A stretch of DNA of 60,854 nt, taken from positions 1 to 60,854 of the forward strand of contig JAFDHG010000014.1 in the NCBI GenBank assembly GCA_019308925.1, given 5' to 3'. Positions within the stretch are counted from its first letter, which is position 1. Every line of letters starts with the position of its first letter. The stretch comes from Deltaproteobacteria bacterium (GTDB taxonomy: Bacteria; Desulfobacterota; B13-G15; RBG-16-54-18). The translations under genes and the position numbers were made by a program. This document shows positions 38,493 to 49,567 of this stretch, piece after piece. The notes below the pieces were generated by a model. That model searched no databases and had not been told where the DNA came from. It saw only the letters and a list, made by a program, of their open reading frames with translations.

Positions 38493-40113
38493 ATGTCCGA
38501 TAGATTGGGGCAACTCCTCTTAAAGGCACGGATAATCACCGAAGACCAACTCAAGCAGGCCATAAGTGAGCAGAAGATCAGGGGGACAAGTCTGAGCTCC
38601 GCTTTGATAGACCTGGGGTTCCTCATGGAAGACGATCTTCTAAACTTCCTCCACAAAAGGTATGGTGTCCCCTCCATAAGCATCGCCGACCTGGAGTTAG
38701 ACCCCAAGCTCGTGGATTTGATCGAGCAAGACTTCATGCAGAAGAATCAGGTAATCCCGGTACGTAGGAGCGGTTCCACCCTCTATTTGGCCATGGTCGA
38801 TCCCTTTAATGTCTCGGTGATAGACGATATCAAGTTTCGCACAGGTTATCATGTGGAGGCCTTGGTGGCCTCGGAAACAGAAATTAGGAAGGCGATAGAT
38901 AAATTCGTCGATCCCGGCTCTTCCATTGACGGGGTCCTCTCCGACTTCGAGGATGAAGGGATGGAGGTGGTGAGGCGCGAGGATAGCTTCGACCTCACCG
39001 AATTGGAGAAGACTGCGGAAGAGGCCCCGGTGGTAAAACTGGTCAACCTCATCCTCGCCGACGCCGTCACCAAGGGGGCCAGCGATATCCACCTGGAGCC
39101 GTATGAAAAGTATTTTCGGGTGAGGTACAGAATCGACGGGGTCCTCTATGAGGTGATGAGGCCACCTATCCGGATGAAAAACGCCATTACCTCACGGATC
39201 AAGATTATGTCCCAATTGGATATCGCCGAACGCCGCCTCCCCCAAGTTTGGGGAAAAGGTGGTCTTGCGACTCCTGGACAAATCGAAGCTCCAACTGGAT
39301 ATGACCAAACTGGGCTTCGAACCTGAGACCCTTGAGATATTCCACAAGGCCATCCATAAGCCTTATGGGATGATTCTGGTTACAGGACCTACCGGGAGTG
39401 GAAAGACCACCACCCTCTACTCCGTCCTCTCCGAGTTAAACAAGGTTACGGACAACATCTGTACTGCCGAAGACCCAATAGAGTTCAACCTCCCTGGGGT
39501 AAACCAGGTCCAGATGCATGATGGCATCGGATTGAACTTCGCCACGTCCCTGAGGGAATTTTTACGCCAGGACCCGGACATCATCATGGTAGGAGAGATC
39601 AGGGACCTGGAGACGGCCGAGATGGGGATAAAGGCCGCCTTGACAGGGCATCTGGTCCTCAGCACCCTCCATACCAACGATGCCCCCACCACGATAAACC
39701 GTCTGCTGGACATGGGGGTGGAACCGTTTCTCGCCTCCTCCTCGGTGATCATAGTGGTGGCACAGAGATTGGTCCGCGTCATCTGCCCTGACTGCAAGGA
39801 ACCCGTCGACGTACCCCCCGATGCCCTGCTCGACCTGGGGGTCCCGGAAGAGGAGATCTACGATTTCACCTGCTATCGGGGACGGGGTTGCAGCAACTGC
39901 AGCAATATCGGCTACCGCGGCAGGTTAGCCCTGTTCGAGGTGATGGTTATGGATGAGGAGATTAAGGAGTTGACCCTCCGAAGGGCCCCCGCCAACGAAA
40001 TCAAAAAGGCGGCAATACAGGCGGGGATGAAGACCTTGAGGCAAAGCGGGATCACCAAGATCAAACAAGGGGTAACCACCATCGAAGAGGCGCTCAGGGT
40101 AACCGTAGATTAA
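38493..40113 (+). pseudogene. pilB: Type IV pilus assembly ATPase PilB, split by an internal deletion and frameshift at ~39246
   Basis: 5' part reads ...ASDIHLEP...LDIAERRLPQ; 3' part resumes in another frame as FGEKVVLRLLD...GPTGSGKTTTLY...LRQDPDIIMVGEIRD. The usual DGRI...RVS..PT segment is absent. Confidence 0.88.
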
Positions 40114-40132
40114 CCTTAATGGGGGCTTAGCC

Positions 40133-41209
40133 ATGCCTGATCTACAAGACCTTCTCAAGACAATGATAGAACATGAGGCCACGGACATCCACATCACCAC
40201 TGCCACCCCTCCCCAGATCCGGGTGGATGGCCGACTTGTCCCCTTAGATCTCCCCCCCCTGACCCCTGCCGACACCAAGAAACTTTCCTACAGCATCCTC
40301 ACCGATGCCCAGAAACACCGTTTTGAGGAAGAGCACGAACTCGACTTCTCCTTCGGGATAAAGGGGCTTTCCCGATTCAGGGGGAACATCTTCTTACAGA
40401 GGGGGGCGGTGGCAGCAGCCATCAGGGCCATCCCCTATAAGATTAAGGGCTTTCAAGAACTAGGTCTCCCCCCCATCGTAGAGGATCTGATTAGAAGACC
40501 CAAAGGGCTCATCCTGGTCACGGGCCCCACCGGCTGCGGTAAATCCACTACCTTGGCCGCCATGATCGACAGGATCAATGAGGAGAGGAACTCCCACATT
40601 GTCACCATCGAAGACCCCATAGAATACCTCCACCCCCATAAGGGATGCGTGGTGAACCAGAGGGAGGTGAACTCAGATACCTTCAGTTTCCAGGCGGCGC
40701 TAAAACATATCCTCCGCCAGGACCCTGACGTGGTTCTCATCGGAGAGATGAGGGACTTGGAGACCATAGAGGCGGCACTTACCATCGCTGAGACCGGACA
40801 CCTCACCCTCGCCACCCTGCACACCAACTCTTGCACTGAGAGCATAAACAGGGTCATAGATGTCTTCCCCCCCCACCAGCAGCCCCAGGTCAGGACATTG
40901 GTCTCTTTTGTCGTGGAGGGGGTCCTCACCCAACAGCTCTTGCCCAGGGCCACCGGGAGGGGGTTGGTCCTGGCCCTGGAGATCATGATCCCCAATCCGG
41001 CCATCCGCAATCTCATCCGTGAGGACAAGGTCCATCAGATCTACGGGCAGATGCAGGTAGGACAAATGAAGTTCGGGATGCAGACCATGAACCAGTCCCT
41101 GCTCAACCTTTATGAGAGGGGACTAATCACCCTCAACGACGCCATGGCCCGATCCGCCAACTTGGAGGAGTTTCGGCAGATGTTGGGGGAGAGCACGGCA
41201 AAGAGATGA
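40133..41209 (+). CDS. pilT: Type IV pilus retraction ATPase PilT
   Basis: GPTGCGKSTTLA, TIEDPIEY, AETGH, AIRNLIRE, GMQT. Confidence 0.96.
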   Translation: MPDLQDLLKTMIEHEATDIHITTATPPQIRVDGRLVPLDLPPLTPADTKKLSYSILTDAQKHRFEEEHELDFSFGIKGLSRFRGNIFLQRGAVAAAIRAIPYKIKGFQELGLPPIVEDLIRRPKGLILVTGPTGCGKSTTLAAMIDRINEERNSHIVTIEDPIEYLHPHKGCVVNQREVNSDTFSFQAALKHILRQDPDVVLIGEMRDLETIEAALTIAETGHLTLATLHTNSCTESINRVIDVFPPHQQPQVRTLVSFVVEGVLTQQLLPRATGRGLVLALEIMIPNPAIRNLIREDKVHQIYGQMQVGQMKFGMQTMNQSLLNLYERGLITLNDAMARSANLEEFRQMLGESTAKR

Positions 41210-41228
41210 ATTAAAAAAAAGGGGCACA

Positions 41229-42434
41229 ATGCCAAAGTACATGTGGGAAGGTAGGACCCCCCGAGGAGATTTTCGCAAGGGAGAACTCGAAGGACCCAAC
41301 GATACGGTCATCAGGGCCTACCTTAGACAACAGCAGATCATCCCCACCAAGATCGTCGCCAAGGGGAAGGAGATCAAGATCACCCTCCCCTTCATGAAGG
41401 GGAGGGTGAGAAAGAAGTCCCTGGCGATCTTCACCCGTCAATTGGCCACCATGATCGATGCGGGTCTCCCCTTGGTCCAGTCCTTGGAGATCCTGGCCCA
41501 ACAGGAGGAAAATGAGACCTTTAAGGAGATTATCAAAGGGGTAAAAGAGGACGTCGAGGCTGGGGCCACCTTTGCAGCGGCCCTGAAGAAGTATCCCCGC
41601 GTCTTTGACAACCTCTACGTCAATCTGGTGGTGGCGGGAGAAGAGGCCGGCACCCTGGACGTCGTCCTTAACCGCTTGGCAACCCATATCGAAAAGATGG
41701 AGGTGTTGAAAAGGAAGATCAGATCGGCCCTGGTGTACCCTGCCATGATTGTGAGTGTGGCCATCGTCGTCACCATCGTCCTGTTGGTCTTCGTCATCCC
41801 GGTCTTCGAGAGACTATTCGCTGGCACAGGGATGAGCCTGCCCCTTCCCACCCAGATCGTCATCGGTGTGAGCAGGTTTGCCAAGAAATTTATGCCCTTC
41901 ATTATCCTGTTTTTCGTGATCTTGGCCTTTGTATTGAGGAACTATTACAGGACGGAAACTGGAAAGACCAAAATCGACGCATTCCTCCTGAAACTTCCAA
42001 TCTTTGGGGAACTCATCAGGAAGGTGGCCATCGCCAGGTTTGCCCGCACCTTGGCCACCCTGGTGACCAGTGGGGTACCCATTCTTGAGTCCCTGAATAT
42101 TGTGGCCGGGACGTCGGGGAACAAGGTGGTCGAAAATGCCATTCTGAAGGGACGGGCCAGTATCAGTGAGGGGCAGACCATCTCTGAACCATTGGCCCAG
42201 AGCGGCGTCTTTCCCATCATGGTAACCCAGATGATCTCAGTGGGGGAGACCACCGGTTCTCTAGAACTCATGCTCACCAAGATTGCCGATTTCTACGAAG
42301 AAGAAGTGGATGTGGCCGTGGCCACTCTGAGCTCCATGCTCGAGCCGCTTCTGATGATCTTTTTGGGCGTGACCATAGGGGGTTTGGTCATATCCATGTA
42401 CCTGCCCATCTTTAAGATGGCCGCAGCCTTTTAG
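41229..42434 (+). CDS. pilC: Type IV pilus platform protein PilC
   Basis: FTRQLATMIDAGLPL, GEEAGTL, ALVYP, GETTGSL, YLPIF. Confidence 0.95.
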   Translation: MPKYMWEGRTPRGDFRKGELEGPNDTVIRAYLRQQQIIPTKIVAKGKEIKITLPFMKGRVRKKSLAIFTRQLATMIDAGLPLVQSLEILAQQEENETFKEIIKGVKEDVEAGATFAAALKKYPRVFDNLYVNLVVAGEEAGTLDVVLNRLATHIEKMEVLKRKIRSALVYPAMIVSVAIVVTIVLLVFVIPVFERLFAGTGMSLPLPTQIVIGVSRFAKKFMPFIILFFVILAFVLRNYYRTETGKTKIDAFLLKLPIFGELIRKVAIARFARTLATLVTSGVPILESLNIVAGTSGNKVVENAILKGRASISEGQTISEPLAQSGVFPIMVTQMISVGETTGSLELMLTKIADFYEEEVDVAVATLSSMLEPLLMIFLGVTIGGLVISMYLPIFKMAAAF

Positions 42435-42447
42435 CCGAAGAACTGAG

Positions 42448-44040
42448 ATGCAAGCGCGGCTGAAAAAGTTAATCTTCTATCGACTCATCCTCACCACCAT
42501 ATTCCTGTTCATGGGGTTGTTCTTCCAGCTCAAGGGGATCTTCATCTTTTGGGGGCCTTATACATTTTACCACTTCTTCATCTGCCTCCTTTATGCCACC
42601 ACCATCATCTTTGCCCTCGTGCATAGGAAGATCAAAAACCTCGTCCTCTTGACCTATCTAGTGATCATTGCTGATGCCGTGATCATCACGGGGATCGTCT
42701 ATGTGACCGGTGGCGGCTTGAGCCTCTTCTTCCCCCTCTATATATTGGTGGTCCTAGAGGCTGGGGTCATCTTGGAAAGGCAAGGGGGGCTCATGGGGGC
42801 CTCCATCTGCAGTATTTTCTACGGGCTCCTCCTAAACCTGGAATACTACTGGGTAATTCCTTCCCTCGCCCCTCGTTACCCTTATCATAGCATCTATCTG
42901 TTATACAAACTATTCCTCGCCATCTTGAGCTTCTATTTGGCGGGATACCTCACCGGCTATCTTGCTGAAGAAGTCCGCAAGAGGGGAAAGGAGCTGAGCA
43001 AGACCCGAGAGGACTACAGCCGGCTCGAGGCCTTTAACCGCTATGTAATTCATAGCATCCAGAGTGGGCTCCTAACCACCGACCTGAAGGGGAGGATAAT
43101 CTTTCTGAACCAAGCTGGGGGAAAGATTCTGGGTATCGGGATCTCTCAGTTCAGGTACCATCCCCTAATCGACCTATTCCCCAACATAGAGGAGGATTTC
43201 CCCGGGGGGCTCCGCTCCCGCATGGAGACCACCTTCCAGAGACCAGACGGAGAGGAGATACAGTTGGGGCTTTCTGTCTCCCCCCTAAAGGATCACAAAG
43301 GCAAAGAGGTGGGCAAGATCATCATCTTCCAGGACCTCACACATGTAAAGAAGATGGAGGAATCCATGAGGAGGTCGGAGAAGTTGGCCACCATCGGCCA
43401 ACTGGCTGCCGGCATCGCCCATGAGATCCGCAACCCCCTGGCCTCCATAAGCGGGGCCATCCAGTTGTTGAAAGAGGAAAAGGAGGCGGGTGAGAGCACC
43501 CAAAGATTGATGGAGATCATCTTGGCAGAGTCTGGCCGCCTGAATAGCCTCATCACCGATTTCCTCCTCTATGCCCAGCCCCCGAAGCTCAACAAAAAGG
43601 TGGTGGACATTGGCGCCTTAGCAGACGATACCTTGGAGGTCTTTTACCGCTCTCCCCAATGGACACAAGGGATAAAATTGGTTAAGATTATAGAACCAAA
43701 TGTCACCATTGCTGCCGATCCCCAACAGCTACAGCAGGTCTTTTGGAACCTCTTAATCAACGCCGTCGACGCCATGGAGGGAAAGGGCCTGTTGGAGGTA
43801 AAGATCCAAAAGGATGGAAGGAGACAAAAGGTAATGCTCCTGGTCTCGGATACGGGCAAGGGGATCCCGCCAGCGGAGATAAACAGGGTCTTCGACCCCT
43901 TTTTCACCACCAAAGAGGGGGGGACAGGACTGGGACTTTCCATCGTGCATAAGATAGTAGAAAGCCACGAAGGGGATATATCTGTGGAGAGCCAATCTGA
44001 TCAGGGTACCACCTTTATCCTCACCTTCCCCACCTCATGA
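42448..44040 (+). CDS. pilS: Sensor histidine kinase, PilS-like
   Basis: Multiple N-terminal TM segments, PAS, AHEIRNPL, N box, DTGKGI, FFTTK, GTGLGL; between pilC and a sigma54 regulator. Confidence 0.85.
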   Translation: MQARLKKLIFYRLILTTIFLFMGLFFQLKGIFIFWGPYTFYHFFICLLYATTIIFALVHRKIKNLVLLTYLVIIADAVIITGIVYVTGGGLSLFFPLYILVVLEAGVILERQGGLMGASICSIFYGLLLNLEYYWVIPSLAPRYPYHSIYLLYKLFLAILSFYLAGYLTGYLAEEVRKRGKELSKTREDYSRLEAFNRYVIHSIQSGLLTTDLKGRIIFLNQAGGKILGIGISQFRYHPLIDLFPNIEEDFPGGLRSRMETTFQRPDGEEIQLGLSVSPLKDHKGKEVGKIIIFQDLTHVKKMEESMRRSEKLATIGQLAAGIAHEIRNPLASISGAIQLLKEEKEAGESTQRLMEIILAESGRLNSLITDFLLYAQPPKLNKKVVDIGALADDTLEVFYRSPQWTQGIKLVKIIEPNVTIAADPQQLQQVFWNLLINAVDAMEGKGLLEVKIQKDGRRQKVMLLVSDTGKGIPPAEINRVFDPFFTTKEGGTGLGLSIVHKIVESHEGDISVESQSDQGTTFILTFPTS

Positions 44041-44073
44041 AAGTTTGGGGAACCCCCTGCTGGAGGAACGACG

Positions 44074-45447
44074 ATGACAAAGCAAAAGATACTGGTGGTT
44101 GACGATGAAAAGAGCATGTGCGACTTTTTGGAGATCATGTTAAAAAAAGAGGGATATGATGTAACGTGCACTACCAGGGGGGAAACTGCCTTGGAACTAT
44201 TGGAAAATAACCTCTACAACATGGTCCTCACTGACGTCAGGATGCCCGGCGTGGACGGCTTTGAAGTATTACGCAAGACCAAAGAGCTAAGTTATGAAAC
44301 GGTGGTAATCATGATCACCGCCTATGGTTCTCCAGAGGGGGCGGTCACTGCCATGAAAGAAGGGGCCTATGACTACATCACCAAGCCCTTTCGGATAGAT
44401 GAGGTGAAGCTCACCATCCATAAGGCCCTGGAGAGGAGTAATCTTCTCAGGGAAAACATCCTCCTGCGCCAAGAGGTGGAGGAGAGGTATAAATTTTGGA
44501 ACCTCATCGGCAAGAGCCCTAAGATGCAACGGGTATATGAGCTAGTGGAGAAGGTCTCCCAAACCAAGGCCAATGTGTTGATCACAGGGGAGAGCGGGAC
44601 AGGAAAGGAGCTGGTGGCCAAGGCCGTCCACTATAACAGCCCCAGGAAAAACAGGCATTTTGTCACCCTGAACTGCGGCGCCATCCCGGAAAACCTCTTG
44701 GAGAGCGAACTCTTTGGTCACATGAAGGGGGCCTTCACAGGGGCCATCGCCAATAAGAGGGGCCTGCTGGAGATGGCCGAAGGGGGAACCCTCTTCATGG
44801 ATGAGGTGGGGGAAGTCCCTCTCCCCCTTCAGGTGAAGTTGTTGCGGGTAATCCAAGAGCGTGAGTTTAAGCGGGTGGGGGGGACAGAGGATATCAAGGT
44901 GGATGTAAGGATAATCTCGGCCAGCAATCAAGACCTAGAACAAGAGGTAGTAAAAGGCGGTTTTCGCGAAGACCTCTTCTACCGCCTCAACGTGATCCAA
45001 ATCAAGATCCCCCCCCTGCGGGAGCGCAAAGAGGACATCCCGCTTTTGGTGAATCACTTCATCCGAAAGTACAGCCTTGACACGGAAAAGAAGATAGAGG
45101 AGGTATCACCCGAGGCCTTGGGGCTGCTGCTGAGCTATAATTTCCCCGGCAATGTCAGGGAACTGGAGAACATCATCGAGAGGAGTATAACCCTGGAGAC
45201 CTCGCCGATGATCACGGAGAGGCACATCCGCTCCTATATCAATGAGAGGATGATCTCCAAGAACATCCCCCCTTCTCTGGAGATCCCAGAGGAGGGGATC
45301 GACCTCAACAAGGTGGTGGAAGATCTGGAAAAGGCCTTCATACTCAAGGCCTTGGAAAAAACAGATGGGGTCAAAAAGAAGGCTGCAGAGCTTTTGGGGA
45401 TGAACTTCCGGGCCATGAGATATAAATCAGCCAAATATGACCTTTAA
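44074..45447 (+). CDS. pilR: Sigma54-dependent response regulator, PilR-like
   Basis: Receiver domain, GESGTGKE, ESELFGH.KGAFTGA, FREDLFYRLNV, C-terminal HTH. Confidence 0.87.
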   Translation: MTKQKILVVDDEKSMCDFLEIMLKKEGYDVTCTTRGETALELLENNLYNMVLTDVRMPGVDGFEVLRKTKELSYETVVIMITAYGSPEGAVTAMKEGAYDYITKPFRIDEVKLTIHKALERSNLLRENILLRQEVEERYKFWNLIGKSPKMQRVYELVEKVSQTKANVLITGESGTGKELVAKAVHYNSPRKNRHFVTLNCGAIPENLLESELFGHMKGAFTGAIANKRGLLEMAEGGTLFMDEVGEVPLPLQVKLLRVIQEREFKRVGGTEDIKVDVRIISASNQDLEQEVVKGGFREDLFYRLNVIQIKIPPLRERKEDIPLLVNHFIRKYSLDTEKKIEEVSPEALGLLLSYNFPGNVRELENIIERSITLETSPMITERHIRSYINERMISKNIPPSLEIPEEGIDLNKVVEDLEKAFILKALEKTDGVKKKAAELLGMNFRAMRYKSAKYDL

Positions 45448-47105
45448 CCCCTCAAAAACCACCCTTCTAACTCCCTCCAACCCCATCTGACAAAGATGGG
45501 TCGTCCGTGGGGGCAGGTGGCAGGTTGTGCGGTCCCCTCCCACTCCCTCAAGAGGGATCTTACCTCCTCCTCGTGCAACCTCCTGTTCGCCTTGATAGCC
45601 CCCCGGCAGGCCAGAAGCACACAGATCCTATCCAAGACGCGCTCTAAGGTTTCCTCCTCCCCCCTCTCCGCCAGCTCTTCGCTCAAGGCCTCCAGGAGGC
45701 ACTTCAGATCTTCCCCCTGGAGGAAAGAGGGGATCGACTTGACAGCCAAGGTCCTATTTCCGAACTCCTCCAACTCCAACCCCAATTTGGCCAGCTCTGC
45801 TCGATACCCCAAGACCAACTGCATCTCCTCGCCTTTCACCTCGATGAGCTGGGGGAGGAGGAAACGCTGTTGGGGCAGTGTCTTTCCCTTTATAGACGTC
45901 CTCAACCTCTCGTAGAGGACCCTCTCATGGGCTGCATGCTGGTCGACGATCATCACCCCCTCTTCCCCCTCCACCACGATGTAGGTCCCCTTGATCTGTC
46001 CCACCATCCGCCAAGAGGGAGGAACAGTCCCCTCACTACTAGTTGTAAAAGAAGGCGCTGAATAGGGGGAGAATTCCTCTTTCAGCTCCAAGACCTTCTG
46101 AGGTCTGCCCTCAAAAGGATGGCTCAAGGCGCGCCTTAGGGAACCAGAGACCAACCGATGTACCTCCTCTGCCCTCCGGAAACGGACCTCCATCTTTGTC
46201 GGGTGGACGTTGACATCCACTTCGGGAAAGGGGACCGAGAGGGAGAGAATGACCGCCGGGTACATCTTGGCTGGAATAAACCTCCGGTATGCCTCCAAGA
46301 TGGCATGGGAGATCAATCTGTCCCTGATGTAGCGCCCGTTCACATAGATATAGATCCCCTTAGAGGATCCGCGGACATAGGTGGGGACGGTGACCCACCC
46401 CCTTATCCTCCCTTCCCCTTCACTCCCCTCAACCCTAACCAATTGAGAGGCCACCTCTTTGCCCAGGATGGCCCTGACTCGCGACCTTTCCTCCTGAGTG
46501 GGGGGGAGGTTGAATGAAACCCGTTTATTGTGCATGAGGATAAAACCCACAGGAAAATGGATCAAGGCCATTCTGGTGATCACCTCGATGATATGGGCTA
46601 GTTCGCTCTGAACCCCCCTCAAAAACTTCCTCCTGGCCGGCAGGTTGTAGAAGAGGTCTTGTACTTCCACCCTCGTCCCTGGAGGGCTTCCTATATCCGC
46701 CATCTCCTTTACCTGACCACCCTCCGCCAGGATCTGCGTCCCAGAGAGTTCGTCCCTGGTCCTGGTGATCAGGCGCAACCGCGACACCGCAGCGATGGAG
46801 GGGAGGGCCTCCCCCCTGAAGCCAAGGGTTCGAATAGAATCGAGGTCCCCCTCTTCACAAATCTTGCTGGTGGCGTGTCTCTCTAGGGCGAGGAGGGCAT
46901 CCTCTCTGGTCATCCCTTCTCCATCGTCCATCACCACAACCCTCCTCCTCCCCCCTTCCTCTATCTCCACCCTTATGGTGCTACTTCCGGCATCCAAGGA
47001 GTTTTCCAACAACTCCTTCACCACTGAGGCGGGTCTCTCGATTACCTCCCCCGCTGCTATCTTCCCCACCACATCAGCGGGAAGTACCCTTATCTTGGCT
47101 GCCAC
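45444..47105 (-). CDS. mutL: DNA mismatch repair protein MutL
   Basis: IAAGEVIERPASVVKEL, GFRGEAL, DVNVHPTK, DQHAAHER, CPHGRP. Confidence 0.96.
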   Translation of the reverse strand: MAAKIRVLPADVVGKIAAGEVIERPASVVKELLENSLDAGSSTIRVEIEEGGRRRVVVMDDGEGMTREDALLALERHATSKICEEGDLDSIRTLGFRGEALPSIAAVSRLRLITRTRDELSGTQILAEGGQVKEMADIGSPPGTRVEVQDLFYNLPARRKFLRGVQSELAHIIEVITRMALIHFPVGFILMHNKRVSFNLPPTQEERSRVRAILGKEVASQLVRVEGSEGEGRIRGWVTVPTYVRGSSKGIYIYVNGRYIRDRLISHAILEAYRRFIPAKMYPAVILSLSVPFPEVDVNVHPTKMEVRFRRAEEVHRLVSGSLRRALSHPFEGRPQKVLELKEEFSPYSAPSFTTSSEGTVPPSWRMVGQIKGTYIVVEGEEGVMIVDQHAAHERVLYERLRTSIKGKTLPQQRFLLPQLIEVKGEEMQLVLGYRAELAKLGLELEEFGNRTLAVKSIPSFLQGEDLKCLLEALSEELAERGEEETLERVLDRICVLLACRGAIKANRRLHEEEVRSLLREWEGTAQPATCPHGRPIFVRWGWRELEGWFLRG

Positions 47106-47108
47106 CCT

Positions 47109-48533
47109 TCACCTCGGGACTCTATGCACCTTTCTTCCCTTGATCCATACTCGTATCTCCTCACCCTCCTCTTCAAAACCCCTCCTGCCCATCATCCCAT
47201 AGGTAAGCCTCTTACCCCCCTCCACCGCCGGTTGATCAAAGGGATTTATCCCGTAAAGACCTCCGGCGAAGGAGGCCTGAACCTCCAAGAGGTAAAAGAG
47301 CCCTCCCAAGGTCCTGGCATTCAATTCCTTAAGGTAGATGGTACAGTTGCTCCTGCTGTTCTTCGTCAGCACGAACTCTGTCGCCCTCCTCTCGGCCTCT
47401 ATTAGTTTGTTTAGACTTTTCCCCTCCAAATAGGCGGTCTCCTCCCCCCAGGATCCCCCGGGGGGTATCTCCAAGATATGGGAGAAGGAACCTAAGGCCA
47501 AAAAGGTTATTACCTTATCGGAGGGGCCCTCCAGGTAGAGTTGAAGCTGGGAGTGCTGATCGGTGGCCCCAAGGGCCTTGACAGGGGTGGGGCCTACGTA
47601 CACCAACCTACCCTGCAAGTCCTTCTTCTTACCCAAACTCTCAGCCCATAGCTGTCTGTACCAATCGGCCACCCCCCTCAACCCGTCCGCATAGGGCATT
47701 ATCACCGATATCCCCTTTCCCCTTTTCACGTGGGCCAGATATTGCAGGACTGCGTTTAGAAGCGCTGGATTCGCCTCCAACTCCTCTTCACGGCACCAGT
47801 TATCCATCGAGGCCGCACCGGCGAGGAGCCCCTCTATATCTATACCTATAAAGGCAGCGGGCAGGAGTCCCACAGGGGTCAGGACGGAAAACCTCCCCCC
47901 CACCCCGTGGGGGATGGAGAAGCTAACCAGCCCCTCTTCCTCGGCCAGCCTCCTCAGGGGGCCCTTTGAGGGATCGGTGGTAACCACCACCCTCTTTCTC
48001 CAGTCTGACCCTGGTCTCCCCTTTAGCACCCCTAAAAGGAGAAGAAATTGACTCAAGGTCTCAATGGTGTAACCGGACTTGCTGATGACGTTGACGACCG
48101 TCTGGGAGAGGTCCAATATATCTAGGAGCCCGACAATGGTGTCGGGATCGATGTTATCCAAAAAAAATACCCGTGGTCCCTTACGTGCCTCAGCAGGGAA
48201 GAGGTTGTAGAAGGGGTGCCCAAGGGCCGCGATCAGCGCCCTGCCCCCCAGCGTTGAACCCCCAATACCGAGTATCACCAGGTCATGGGCGTTGCTGCGC
48301 AGATCCTCAGCCACGCATCTGATTTTTCCTATCCCCTCTTGATAGGGGAGGTCGAGAAAGGGAAGTTTGCCCTCCCTCCTCTCATCCCGAATCCGACGAT
48401 GGACCTCTCCAGCCTTATCCCTGATCCCCTCTATCTCTGCAAGGGTGATCCCATGCTCGGCGCCGATGACCTCGGCCATCATATTGGAATAGTCCAAATA
48501 GATGTCCCCCCCCTGCCAGATCACCTCTCTCAC
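47109..48533 (-). CDS. pgi: Glucose-6-phosphate isomerase
   Basis: GIGGS, ISKSG, VGGRFSVL, QLWAESLGK, DQHSQ, NPFDQPAVE.GK. Confidence 0.93.
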   Translation of the reverse strand: MREVIWQGGDIYLDYSNMMAEVIGAEHGITLAEIEGIRDKAGEVHRRIRDERREGKLPFLDLPYQEGIGKIRCVAEDLRSNAHDLVILGIGGSTLGGRALIAALGHPFYNLFPAEARKGPRVFFLDNIDPDTIVGLLDILDLSQTVVNVISKSGYTIETLSQFLLLLGVLKGRPGSDWRKRVVVTTDPSKGPLRRLAEEEGLVSFSIPHGVGGRFSVLTPVGLLPAAFIGIDIEGLLAGAASMDNWCREEELEANPALLNAVLQYLAHVKRGKGISVIMPYADGLRGVADWYRQLWAESLGKKKDLQGRLVYVGPTPVKALGATDQHSQLQLYLEGPSDKVITFLALGSFSHILEIPPGGSWGEETAYLEGKSLNKLIEAERRATEFVLTKNSRSNCTIYLKELNARTLGGLFYLLEVQASFAGGLYGINPFDQPAVEGGKRLTYGMMGRRGFEEEGEEIRVWIKGRKVHRVPR

Positions 48534-49489
48534 TCCTCTATAAAGGCCCCCATCCGGCGGAACCTATGATACCTCTCCAATAGGAGCCTCTCCTCGGGGA
48601 CACCCCTCAACTCCTCCAAGTGGCGTACCACAGCCTCCTTAAAGTTGGCCGCCGCCCCTTGATAATCTCGATGGGCACCGCCCAAAGGCTCGCGGATTAT
48701 CTCATCAATCACCCCCAGTTTTAGGAGGTCTGGAGCCGTCAATCTAAGGGCCTCGGCTGCCAAAGGACCTTTAGTACCATCTCTCCACAAGATGGCAGCA
48801 CATCCTTCGGGGGAGATGACCGAATAGATGGCGTTTTCCATCATCAAGATCCTGTCCCCTACCCCAATGGCCAAGGCTCCACCACTGCCCCCCTCGCCAA
48901 TGACCACCACGACAATGGGCATAGCAATGGTGGCCATCTCCCTGAGGTTGTGGGCGATGGCCTCGGCCTGTCCCCTCTCCTCCGCCCCCACCCCAGGATA
49001 GGCCCCAGGGGTATCAACCATGGTGATGATGGGTTTCCTGAACCTCGCCCCCAACTCCATTATCCTGAGGGCCTTCCTGTAGCCCTCTGGATGGGGCATC
49101 CCAAAGTTCCGATAGCCCATCTCCCTCACATCTCTGCCCTTCTGGTGCCCTACCACCACCACCGTCTCCCCCTCCAGACGGGCAAGACCACCCACCATGG
49201 CCGGGTCATCCATAAACCCCCTGTCACCATGAAACTCCATGAAGTCTTCAAAAATCATCTGGATGTAATCCAGGGTATGGGGTCGATCGATGTGGCGGGA
49301 TAGCTGCGTCCTTTGCCAAGGCGTAAGCTGGGAATATATCTCCTCCTTTAACTTGGTTATTCGCCCCTGGAGCTTCTTTATCCTGGCAAGGACTTTGGGG
49401 TCATCGCTGGGGGCAAAACGCTGAAGCTCCTCATATTTTCGCTCCATCTCCCTCAGCGGCCCCTCAAAATCTAGATAGTGTCGCACCAT
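48530..49489 (-). CDS. accA: Acetyl-CoA carboxylase carboxyltransferase alpha subunit
   Basis: NFGMPHPEGYRKA, DTPGAYPG, GEGGSGGALA, VISPEGCAAIL. Confidence 0.97.
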   Translation of the reverse strand: MVRHYLDFEGPLREMERKYEELQRFAPSDDPKVLARIKKLQGRITKLKEEIYSQLTPWQRTQLSRHIDRPHTLDYIQMIFEDFMEFHGDRGFMDDPAMVGGLARLEGETVVVVGHQKGRDVREMGYRNFGMPHPEGYRKALRIMELGARFRKPIITMVDTPGAYPGVGAEERGQAEAIAHNLREMATIAMPIVVVVIGEGGSGGALAIGVGDRILMMENAIYSVISPEGCAAILWRDGTKGPLAAEALRLTAPDLLKLGVIDEIIREPLGGAHRDYQGAAANFKEAVVRHLEELRGVPEERLLLERYHRFRRMGAFIEE

Positions 49490-49520
49490 CTCTGCATCCC
49501 CTTGAGACGACCTTCAGGTC

Positions 49521-49545
49521 GTCACTTCAGGGGGGCTTAGCCCCC
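49521..49545 (-). repeat. Short copy of the GGGGG/CCCCC hairpin repeat family
   Basis: Minus strand GGGGG-CTAAG-CCCCCCTGAAGTGAC. Confidence 0.65.
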
Positions 49546-49567
49546 AAAGAGACAGGTTGAAAACCTG

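Noticed and set aside
39241-39260. Programmed frameshift or phase variation in pilB
   Set aside because: Restoring the frame would still leave about two dozen conserved residues missing.
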